Shown piece by piece: positions 56,382-64,000 of a stretch of DNA of 64,000 nt. Made by a program: the position numbers and the translations under genes. This DNA is from Escherichia phage vB_EcoM_DE17. Position 1 is the stretch's first letter, and each line of letters begins with the position of its first letter. Location: the sequence record OP595146.1; one strand, 5' to 3'. The notes below the pieces were generated by a model that worked only from the letters and a program-made list of their open reading frames with translations, was not told where the DNA came from and made no database searches.

Positions 56382-56923
56382 TTAAATTAATCTTTGCAAG
56401 TGGTGAAAATGGTGAGTTTGGTACTCCAACTGGTATGCCGTGGCCTCGACATAAACAGGACATGCAAGAGTTTAAGAGACTCACTAAAAACAACTTAGTA
56501 GTGATGGGTAATGAGACTTTCAAGACTCTGGGGAGTAAACCTTTACCAGAACGTGCAAACCTAATCTTAACAAATTCTGTACCATACTTAGGCATAGACT
56601 TTGGCAAAGATGAGGTAATGTATGCTAAGGCCAGCAAAGAATCCTTTGGAGCATTTTTGAACTATCTTGATAGCTCTATTGATGAAGATGTCTTTGTAAT
56701 TGGTGGTGCAGGTGTCCTTGTCAATGCTTTACCATATGCTGGTGTAGTTTTCCATACAGTTTTCCATAAAGTTACTGAAGAGGCCACTGTGTATTTACCT
56801 TTTGAAAACTTTTTTGAGAAGTTGTATGATAACCGTGTATTTACAAAGGTACAGTCAAAACCATCAGAGGATGGTAAAGCAACCTTTGAAATTTATGTTC
56901 CACAAGTAAAAGGGCACTTTTGA
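56378..56923 (+). CDS. frd: dihydrofolate reductase
   Basis: 181 aa; MPW near the N-terminus, VVMGNETFKTLG, PLPERANLIL, as in FolA-type DHFR; upstream of thyA. Confidence 0.8.
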   Translation: MIKLIFASGENGEFGTPTGMPWPRHKQDMQEFKRLTKNNLVVMGNETFKTLGSKPLPERANLILTNSVPYLGIDFGKDEVMYAKASKESFGAFLNYLDSSIDEDVFVIGGAGVLVNALPYAGVVFHTVFHKVTEEATVYLPFENFFEKLYDNRVFTKVQSKPSEDGKATFEIYVPQVKGHF

Positions 56924-56924
56924 T

Positions 56925-57824
56925 ATGTCACAAGCAGATACAAGTTACAAAAATATCCTGAACCATGTTTTATCAGTTGGTGAACTGCGTACTACACGAA
57001 CTGGAGATGTTATCTCTGCTTTTGCTCCACCTCAGTTTCGATTTGATATGCGAACTGGTTTCCCGCTCTTAACATCTAAACAGGTGTTTACACGGCAAGT
57101 TATCGGGGAAGCTTTATGGTTCCTGAATGGTGAGAATAAGCTGGGTGAACTCCGTTACCGCACTTGGGGTGAAAATGATGGGGAACGCTGGACTATCTGG
57201 TCAGATGATTTTAAACGCTGGTTAAGCTCTAATTATTCTTCTGAACAAGATTGGTTAGAGGATGCAGGTGGAAGAATCTATGGGGTGCAGTGGAGAAACT
57301 TTGAAGGTCATAACGGTTGTGTTGTAGACCAGTTAGAGACCTTAGTAACGAAGATGAAGGGTGATATCACAGACCGTTACATGCTTGTTAATGCTTGGAA
57401 TGCAGCAGATATTGCAGCAAACTCAATGGCTTTAGCACCTTGTCATGTTCTGTTTCAGATTTATATCACTAATGAGGGTGAAGTTGACTTACAATGGTAT
57501 CAGCGTTCAGTGGACACCTTCTTAGGACTTCCGTTTAATATTGCATCTTACGGTTTTATTCTGGAAGTTCTTTGTAAGATGACTGGATACACTCCACGGT
57601 ACTTGATAGGTGTCTTTGGAGATACTCAGATTTATCAGAACCATATGAAGCAGGTTTATGAACTGATGAACAATGAAGAGTTCCATGCACCAACTTTTGA
57701 GATTGGTATCCCACTTAACACTTTAAGTGACTTAAAACATCTTACAGCAAGTGATTTTATTGGTGGGATTAATAACTACCAACATGCAGGTAAGATTGAA
57801 GCACCTCTGTCAGTAGGCAAGTAA
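56925..57824 (+). CDS. thyA: thymidylate synthase
   Basis: 299 aa; RTG-FPLLT, ALAPCH active-site Cys, YQRS-D-FLGLPFNIASY, GDTQIYQNH match ThyA throughout. Confidence 0.9.
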   Translation: MSQADTSYKNILNHVLSVGELRTTRTGDVISAFAPPQFRFDMRTGFPLLTSKQVFTRQVIGEALWFLNGENKLGELRYRTWGENDGERWTIWSDDFKRWLSSNYSSEQDWLEDAGGRIYGVQWRNFEGHNGCVVDQLETLVTKMKGDITDRYMLVNAWNAADIAANSMALAPCHVLFQIYITNEGEVDLQWYQRSVDTFLGLPFNIASYGFILEVLCKMTGYTPRYLIGVFGDTQIYQNHMKQVYELMNNEEFHAPTFEIGIPLNTLSDLKHLTASDFIGGINNYQHAGKIEAPLSVGK

Positions 57825-57831
57825 AACAAAA

Positions 57832-57855
57832 AAGGCTCCCGTAAAAAGGAGCCTT
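57832..57855. terminator. bidirectional terminator between thyA and the minus-strand late block
   Basis: GGCTCC-CGTAAAAA-GGAGCC hairpin flanked by A-run and T-run. Confidence 0.55.
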
Positions 57856-57860
57856 AAATT

Positions 57861-58232
57861 TTATTTTTCAGTATTCTTTGTGTTCTTTTCAGTAATAGCT
57901 TGCAAGGCTGATACTGATTGAGCCAGATTGTTCACACTGTCAGAGAATTTATCAAGAGTCTTAGTAAGTTTTGCATTCTCACCCTTAACATTCTCTAACT
58001 GAACTTTCTGGTTCTCCATCCCTAGCTGAATCAGTCTCATGTCAGACTGTAAATCACGAATAGCTGAGTAATTACTTTTGGAATAATTATCTAACTGCTG
58101 TAACTTTGTTGTGACAGAAACTTCTTGTTTACCACTTGAAACTTGCATGGTGGTATACATCCCAATAACACTAAAAATACCAACTACAATTGCACCAATA
58201 TTATTTTTAAAAGCTTCCTCTAGCCACTTCAT
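57861..58232 (-). CDS. hypothetical membrane-anchored coiled-coil protein
   Basis: 123 aa; N-terminal TM (IGAIVVGIFSVIGMYTT). Confidence 0.5.
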   Translation of the reverse strand: MKWLEEAFKNNIGAIVVGIFSVIGMYTTMQVSSGKQEVSVTTKLQQLDNYSKSNYSAIRDLQSDMRLIQLGMENQKVQLENVKGENAKLTKTLDKFSDSVNNLAQSVSALQAITEKNTKNTEK

Positions 58233-58426
58233 TTATTCTCCCCCTTAAAAGCTTTTTCTAAGTTATCTACGAACTCATCATCAATAGGTGTGTCTGTTTT
58301 ACTCGCAAGATATCTTGCAAGCTTAAAGAACACTTTCTCAATCATGTATTCACTTAGAAGGGATAAAATGAGTTTCCAGAAGAAGCTACCTAGATTTTTT
58401 AGAAGAATTGCTAGGATTGTAGGCAT
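58229..58426 (-). CDS. hypothetical small membrane protein
   Basis: 65 aa; hydrophobic N-terminus. Confidence 0.45.
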   Translation of the reverse strand: MPTILAILLKNLGSFFWKLILSLLSEYMIEKVFFKLARYLASKTDTPIDDEFVDNLEKAFKGENK

Positions 58427-58505
58427 TTAATCACCTCATCAGCCAAGATGGTGAGAATACCCATAAAGAATATTAACACCATCTTAACAATCAGTCAACA
58501 AGTGA

Positions 58506-60863
58506 TTAAGCAGTTCTTACCCAAGCCATTAACTTGTAGAACTGGTTTGTAACACTAAATGCTGAACCAGAACCAGTACCACCTGTGTTACCGCTAACTG
58601 TGTGGCTGTGAGCACCAATACCAACAGTGTGGCTGTGGTTACCTGTTGTATTCGTTACACCAGACCAAGTTCTTGACGCATTAAAGTTAGCAGGGATACC
58701 ATAAGTGAAGTTAGAGCCAGTAAAACCCTTAGAAGCAGTTGAGCTACCAAGTGTAAATGCACCACTTGCTGTGTAGAAGCTGCTAGAGTCACTTCTAAAG
58801 TAACCTACTGTACCAGTAATCTCCATAGTACCTCTGTTATGGTTATGGTTACCAGTTGTGCTAGAAGTCTTAGTGCCATAATCAAATGATGAAGTGGTAG
58901 CAGAGAAGCTATGCGTGTGTGAAGGTAAGTTGCCAACAGATAACGTTACAGAGTCTGAACCACCAGTTGTAGCAACATCTGAGCCATTTGCTGCTGCAAT
59001 TCGGATAGTTCTACCAACACCATTGTTCAGGTACGTCCAAGTTAGACCAGGAAGTGCTGTATTAGGGTTAACATTGCTGTTAAACCATGTCACAATACCC
59101 ACTGGGTAGATTTTATTCAGGTCTGTAGAGTCACTTACTGCTTCTGCAATTCTCTGGTCAGTTTCAGCTTTAGTATATGCACCAATTTCTGAAGGGGTTG
59201 GTTTCTGAGCTTCAGTGTAAACCTTAGACCATTCAGCCTCAAAACCAGACCTATCTCTGGCTGTTCTATACCACATCCCACCATTTCTATAATCAAACCT
59301 TAATTGCGCAGTTGGTGTTGATGCTAACATATTAGCGAATAGGTGTAAGACTAAACGGCTTGAACCACCACCCTTGATAGTCTCTACATAAATTCCTGAA
59401 GGTTGGTTCCAAGCCACACCACCATCAGACTCCTCCACCAAAGCTCTGGCTGATGACCATAAGTACTTTGCATCGGTTGCAGATTTAACGTAGTATCTAG
59501 CATCTAAGTTAGAGAAATCCGAAGGTTGAACTTGACCCGTGATTGCTAAAGTTGCATTCATTTCAAATACTGAACCAATGCTAAGCCCTTTACCTGTCTT
59601 GTAGTTAAACACATTTAAGATATCACTGGCATCACCATTACCAATATACCACTTGCTGGTTCCATCAACAGCCTTTCCCCTAATGAATAAGGACGTTGCA
59701 GTTTTTGCTCGTAACGCGAGAGCTTCTCCATCAGAGTTGATAACCTGTTGTGCAGAGAATGTATTAGCAGCATTAGTTCTTGCAATCGTACTTAATGTTG
59801 CTGCCGGAATATATCTAGAGTCAATATTAGCCCAATCTGAAGGTTGGACTTGTCCAGTGATTTGCACAGTCTTATTGATACCAATAGTAGTACCTAGTGA
59901 AATCTGTGAACCTGTAAGGTAGTTATAAATGTTTAGACGTGTCTCGTCAGAATCTGTACCAACATACCATTTATTTGTTCCATCAGACTTCTTACCGAGA
60001 ATGTAAAGTGCTGTACTTGCATCAGTATTCTGTAAAGTAATAGCATTAGCATTCTTCTTAGCAACAAGGTTAGTGAAAGTGTTAGCACCTGTAAAAGTAT
60101 TATTGCCAGCTAACTGTGCAAATCTCTGATTAGCAACTGTCTGAGTAAAGTATCTGGCATCTAAGTTAGAGAAATCTGAAGGTTGAACTTGACCAGTGAT
60201 TCTAAGTGACTTGTTAAATGCTGCTGTTGCATCAAGGGTTAACATTGCACCAGTAGCATGATTGTACAAATAAACATTAGTACTATTTGCATTTCCCTGT
60301 CCAACATACCAAGTTTGCTGGTTATTAGCATCTCTACCTTGAATATATGAAGCACCTGCATTGGTTGCCTTCTTAAGAGTTAACTGCTCACCATCAGTTA
60401 CAATTGCTTGCCTGATACTGAAGTTATTTGTAACAGCAATCCTTGCATATCTTGCATCATTCTCTTCATTAGTTCTCATACCAAGCTCATTAGGGCTTGG
60501 TTTATTCAAAGTATGATAAACAGTTGCCGACCTTGTGGCATCTGCAATAGTGAGTTTAAGCCCATTTGAGTTAATTTTAAAAGTCTTTAAAATATCCCCA
60601 ATAGTAATCTCAGAAGAGCCTGTTGGGTCAAATACTGCCTTACCACCGTAAAGTAACTTGACAATACCTAAATCCCCAACCATAGTACTCCCAGCAATCT
60701 GAACAAACCTTTCTAGTTTGAAGGAAGCTAAGAAGTCTTGATAGGTCATTCTACGGTCTTCGTCACCCAACATTTCAGGTCTTTTCTTAACTCTGATGTG
60801 CAATAGGTCTTCTGAACGAATTGTGTCGATTGAGTTTAATTGACTCAATTTGTAATCTGCCAT
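58506..60863 (-). CDS. tail fibre protein with His-rich C-terminal tip
   Basis: 785 aa; three internal repeats containing ITGQVQPSD(F/W)SN(L/I)D(A/S)RY; C-terminal HNHN / HSHTVGIGAHSHTV boxes like T4-type fibre tips. Confidence 0.8.
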   Translation of the reverse strand: MADYKLSQLNSIDTIRSEDLLHIRVKKRPEMLGDEDRRMTYQDFLASFKLERFVQIAGSTMVGDLGIVKLLYGGKAVFDPTGSSEITIGDILKTFKINSNGLKLTIADATRSATVYHTLNKPSPNELGMRTNEENDARYARIAVTNNFSIRQAIVTDGEQLTLKKATNAGASYIQGRDANNQQTWYVGQGNANSTNVYLYNHATGAMLTLDATAAFNKSLRITGQVQPSDFSNLDARYFTQTVANQRFAQLAGNNTFTGANTFTNLVAKKNANAITLQNTDASTALYILGKKSDGTNKWYVGTDSDETRLNIYNYLTGSQISLGTTIGINKTVQITGQVQPSDWANIDSRYIPAATLSTIARTNAANTFSAQQVINSDGEALALRAKTATSLFIRGKAVDGTSKWYIGNGDASDILNVFNYKTGKGLSIGSVFEMNATLAITGQVQPSDFSNLDARYYVKSATDAKYLWSSARALVEESDGGVAWNQPSGIYVETIKGGGSSRLVLHLFANMLASTPTAQLRFDYRNGGMWYRTARDRSGFEAEWSKVYTEAQKPTPSEIGAYTKAETDQRIAEAVSDSTDLNKIYPVGIVTWFNSNVNPNTALPGLTWTYLNNGVGRTIRIAAANGSDVATTGGSDSVTLSVGNLPSHTHSFSATTSSFDYGTKTSSTTGNHNHNRGTMEITGTVGYFRSDSSSFYTASGAFTLGSSTASKGFTGSNFTYGIPANFNASRTWSGVTNTTGNHSHTVGIGAHSHTVSGNTGGTGSGSAFSVTNQFYKLMAWVRTA

Positions 60864-60874
60864 TATAAATTTTC

Positions 60875-60900
60875 CTCTTAAAAGGGGCTACAAAGCCCCT
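60875..60900 (-). terminator. terminator hairpin between the two tail-fibre genes
   Basis: GGGGCT-TTGT-AGCCCC followed by TTTTAAGAGG on the minus strand. Confidence 0.45.
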
Positions 60901-60909
60901 GTAAAGAAA

Positions 60910-62085
60910 TTAAGCTGTTCTCTGCCACACATATACTACAAAAGATGGCTGCTCAACACTGAAAGCTTGACCACCACCAACAGAACCAGATGTCCCTGAG
61001 TGTGTATGCTCAGAGCTAGAAACAGTAACAGTGCCCGTATGACTGTGTGAACCAATATTGACAGTGTGGCTGTGAGCACCAATTGCAACAGTATGACTAT
61101 GAGCACCAGATGATGCAGTTGTACCTGAGAAGCTATGGGTGTGAGCACCAGCTAAGTCAGTATATGAAGCATTACCAACCCCAGCATCAGCAGATGCGGT
61201 AATAGCATTTGACCCACTTCTATCATTACCCCTCAGAGGTACTCTATGGTTGTGGTTACCAGCATTACTTGTCGTTCCACTAAATGTGTGGGTGTGAGCA
61301 CCAGCACTGTTAGTTGCCTTCGTACCGTAGTCAAAAGTTGATGTACTCTTTGAACCATAATCAAAACTAGAGATAGATACACTTGCAGAGTGTGTATGAC
61401 CACCCCCTGTTAGATAGATAGAGTGAGTATGTGCTGGTAAATTGTTATTTGTCAATACTACAGTCTGAGAACCAAAAGTTGAACCAACAGGTCTAGAATC
61501 TGTATCATAACCAACCAGTGCTCTACCTTTAGAAACTAACTCCCAAGTACCTCCACAAAGCAAGTAAGTGGATGGGTTGGCAGAGTTAACAGATAGGTGA
61601 ATAGTCCCTACTGGATATGATGCTTGAATAGCTTTGTATAAATTATTCACTGCTCTCGCGGTAGCGTACTTATCAGCATCTTCATTGTACAGATTAGATG
61701 TTGTCCAGTTCTGAACATTACTTAAACCTACCTGTGCTTTCGTTGTATTGTGTGGGTTACTTTTGTCGTCAATATGTTGCTGAATTGAGTTATTCACTTC
61801 TTCTGACGACATAATTTGTAGATTTGCTCTTGCCTCAGCAACATTCACAATGTCTGACAAGTTATTGGCTGCAACTAATTGGAGAGAGTTAATAACATTA
61901 TCAAGACCCACTTGTGATTTAGTTACACCATGAGGATTATTCCTCAGAGATGCGTGAGGTGCTAACAACTGTTCAAGCGTACATCTTTTATCCTCAACAC
62001 CTTGCTTAAGGTGGAAGATATCACTTAAATCAACTGGTAAGGCCGCTTGTGGCAAGGCACTAATTTGAATTTCACCTACTGCCAT
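60910..62085 (-). CDS. tail fibre protein (paralogous His-rich tip)
   Basis: 391 aa; N-terminal NPH..TK.QVGL.NV repeats typical of phage fibres; C-terminal HTHS/HSHTV boxes and ending similar to the 785-aa fibre. Confidence 0.8.
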   Translation of the reverse strand: MAVGEIQISALPQAALPVDLSDIFHLKQGVEDKRCTLEQLLAPHASLRNNPHGVTKSQVGLDNVINSLQLVAANNLSDIVNVAEARANLQIMSSEEVNNSIQQHIDDKSNPHNTTKAQVGLSNVQNWTTSNLYNEDADKYATARAVNNLYKAIQASYPVGTIHLSVNSANPSTYLLCGGTWELVSKGRALVGYDTDSRPVGSTFGSQTVVLTNNNLPAHTHSIYLTGGGHTHSASVSISSFDYGSKSTSTFDYGTKATNSAGAHTHTFSGTTSNAGNHNHRVPLRGNDRSGSNAITASADAGVGNASYTDLAGAHTHSFSGTTASSGAHSHTVAIGAHSHTVNIGSHSHTGTVTVSSSEHTHSGTSGSVGGGQAFSVEQPSFVVYVWQRTA

Positions 62086-62087
62086 TA

Positions 62088-62390
62088 TTAAGCTCCTACA
62101 TATTCATATGTGTAAAGGTTTCCTGTACTTGTTGATGCAGTCCCTGTCTCAGATTTAATCAGATTCCAGCCATTAGCCACTAAATCTGGTTGCTCAGTTG
62201 CATATGAGCGAACTTCACCAACAGTGCCGTTTACTTTATTAAGCAGGTAGTTGATAATATAGTTGAACCACTGCCTACCCATAGGTTCACCCTTTAAAAG
62301 ACCTGTCTCTTGAACTTCCGGTGGTGGTAAAACTTTTAACTGGTTACCATCAGTATCTACTTCATTTGTAGACCAATTTAAAACTGCCAT
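62088..62390 (-). CDS. hypothetical protein (fibre-associated by position)
   Basis: 100-aa ORF coupled to the fibre gene. Confidence 0.5.
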   Translation of the reverse strand: MAVLNWSTNEVDTDGNQLKVLPPPEVQETGLLKGEPMGRQWFNYIINYLLNKVNGTVGEVRSYATEQPDLVANGWNLIKSETGTASTSTGNLYTYEYVGA

Positions 62391-63244
62391 TAAGAATTTC
62401 CTTCTTGTTGTGATTTATCTTTTCTGCCTTTGACAATTTGTGCAACCTCAGCCATGATTCCATATGCACCACCTGCAATAGCTTCTTTACCAACGATGAA
62501 ATAGCCACTATTATTGGACCTATCTACAGTCATATAATCATCACTCTGTGAGTTTGCTGTTCTGTCAACCCTAAAGTAACCATCAATAACACCAGCATCT
62601 GCAAGACTACCTACTAAGTTGGATTCCAGAGAGCCACCAGTGTTATTTGTGACAAGACCTCTGTTAGCATCAGTTACAAACCAGTTCTCTTTATCATCAA
62701 CAATAGCAAGTGATGAATCAGCAACCTCTACAGGAGTCCAAGCAGTTCCATTTAAAGTAACATCTCTTAAGATGACAGCGGAGCCAGTAGTTGTTGCAGA
62801 AATCTTTGACAATGTATATGCAGCATCTAGAACGCTTTTTCTAGTGTTGATACGGATAACGATACCACCAGTCTTAGGAGTAATATGCTCAAAAATCTGA
62901 GAGAAAGTTGCACCATATAGCGTCATAATTGCTTTTTGCAAGAATGTTGGGGTGGTGTCAGAGCGTCTTAGGAAGATTTGGATATAAAGCATAGCCCTAT
63001 ATGTTTCATCATCTGCACCTAAAGGTCTAGGAACTTTAATCAGTGAGCCAATGTTATCAAGTTGTTGGCCTACTGACGTCCTGATATTTCTCTCTGTGTG
63101 CATCTGCCAGCAAACATCCTCTAGAGTTTGTAATTCATCAGTGATTGCTTTCAAGATACTTGTATAGATAAATTTATCTTTAAACTGTGTTACAGTCCTT
63201 TCATCAAGTGTTTTGTAATAAACACTATCAATCTTTTCAAACAT
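62390..63244 (-). CDS. hypothetical protein, probable virion/tail component by position
   Basis: 284-aa ORF. Confidence 0.5.
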   Translation of the reverse strand: MFEKIDSVYYKTLDERTVTQFKDKFIYTSILKAITDELQTLEDVCWQMHTERNIRTSVGQQLDNIGSLIKVPRPLGADDETYRAMLYIQIFLRRSDTTPTFLQKAIMTLYGATFSQIFEHITPKTGGIVIRINTRKSVLDAAYTLSKISATTTGSAVILRDVTLNGTAWTPVEVADSSLAIVDDKENWFVTDANRGLVTNNTGGSLESNLVGSLADAGVIDGYFRVDRTANSQSDDYMTVDRSNNSGYFIVGKEAIAGGAYGIMAEVAQIVKGRKDKSQQEGNS

Positions 63245-63246
63245 TA

Positions 63247-63990
63247 TTACTCCTTAGTGATGGTATACTGGCTGCTTTCCCAAACAGTATATTGGTCACC
63301 GTCAACAGTAATTCTTGCTGTAGTATACTGCCCGTCACTAGGTGGGACTGATTGACTGTTTGATAAGGCTACTTTAACCTCATTAATCTCAATACCTTTA
63401 ATTACGTCATAGATATATCCATAGATTCTGTTAGGGATAACATCATTACCAACCTTAAGAGTTCTCCCATAAGCATTAATACCTTGTACAATGCTGTCTC
63501 TGATATCCTCTTCAGGGATTGTCAAGCTTTCTTCATCATATAAAGAGTAAGAGACTTTAACAAATGCGTATTTTGGTGTTGGTCTGCTAAAATAAATATT
63601 ATGTGCCAAACCACCTAAATCATGGGCTGTACCAAAAATTGAGCCATAAGCCCTAATACCAGCAGGTTTTGTATCCCAGATTGCTTGAGCAACATTATCA
63701 TTTTGACCACCAACTACAACAATCTTAAAAGATTTTGGTGGAAGACCTTCTGAGCTTGTCTCTTCAGTATCATTCTCAACACCTGAAGCATCTGAGACAC
63801 CTTGAACTCTTTTAACAGCAGCTACAATTGCATCCAAAGTCCCTACACCAGTAACTGCTAAAGATTCTAAATATCTCTGTCTAAGTTCTGTGTCAGTTTC
63901 TTCGTTTCTACCAGTTGTTAAGTCATACCTGTTATAAATACTGTCAAGACCATCAACAGTTGTCTCAATCTCAATAAGCGTACCAGCCAA
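63247..63990 (-). CDS. hypothetical protein, probable virion/tail component; 5' end may lie beyond the window
   Basis: ORF runs to within 10 nt of the window edge. Confidence 0.45.
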   Translation of the reverse strand: MAGTLIEIETTVDGLDSIYNRYDLTTGRNEETDTELRQRYLESLAVTGVGTLDAIVAAVKRVQGVSDASGVENDTEETSSEGLPPKSFKIVVVGGQNDNVAQAIWDTKPAGIRAYGSIFGTAHDLGGLAHNIYFSRPTPKYAFVKVSYSLYDEESLTIPEEDIRDSIVQGINAYGRTLKVGNDVIPNRIYGYIYDVIKGIEINEVKVALSNSQSVPPSDGQYTTARITVDGDQYTVWESSQYTITKE

Positions 63991-64000
63991 AGCAGGGGTA

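Noticed and set aside
1-64000. Integrated prophage or mobile element (integrase, transposase, attachment sites)
   Set aside because: No recombinase or transposase-like ORF was seen; gene content (rII, RNR, thyA, frd, tRNAs, tail fibres) indicates a virulent phage genome segment.

Overview
This window reads as part of a large, AT-rich, virulent tailed-phage genome; all calls rest on reading the sequence and ORF translations by eye, with no database search or folding run. Gene blocks run: two tRNAs and a vWA/MIDAS protein (1-2.3 kb); a plus-strand block of small genes containing an Ig-repeat protein and a GH24 lysozyme (2.9-10.2 kb); a 1.6 kb ORF-free, repeat-dense region (10.2-11.8 kb); a minus-strand array of about 15 small genes each preceded by a near-identical hairpin plus ribosome-binding cassette (11.85-17.7 kb); a minus-strand block with a macro-domain protein, a spanin-like pair, rIIB/rIIA and an NAD+ reconstitution pair (NAMPT-like plus PRPP-synthetase-like); anaerobic and aerobic ribonucleotide reductases with glutaredoxin; a T7-like replication module (exonuclease, SSB-like, primase-helicase, dNMP kinase, family A polymerase, ligase); DHFR and thymidylate synthase; and two tail-fibre paralogs with His-rich tips. 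The strongest candidates for something undescribed are the cassette-flanked small-gene array (including a strongly acidic protein), the 1.6 kb repeat region, and the macro-domain protein; the NAD+ pair matches a recently described anti-defence pathway rather than a new one. No integrase, transposase or CRISPR array was seen.
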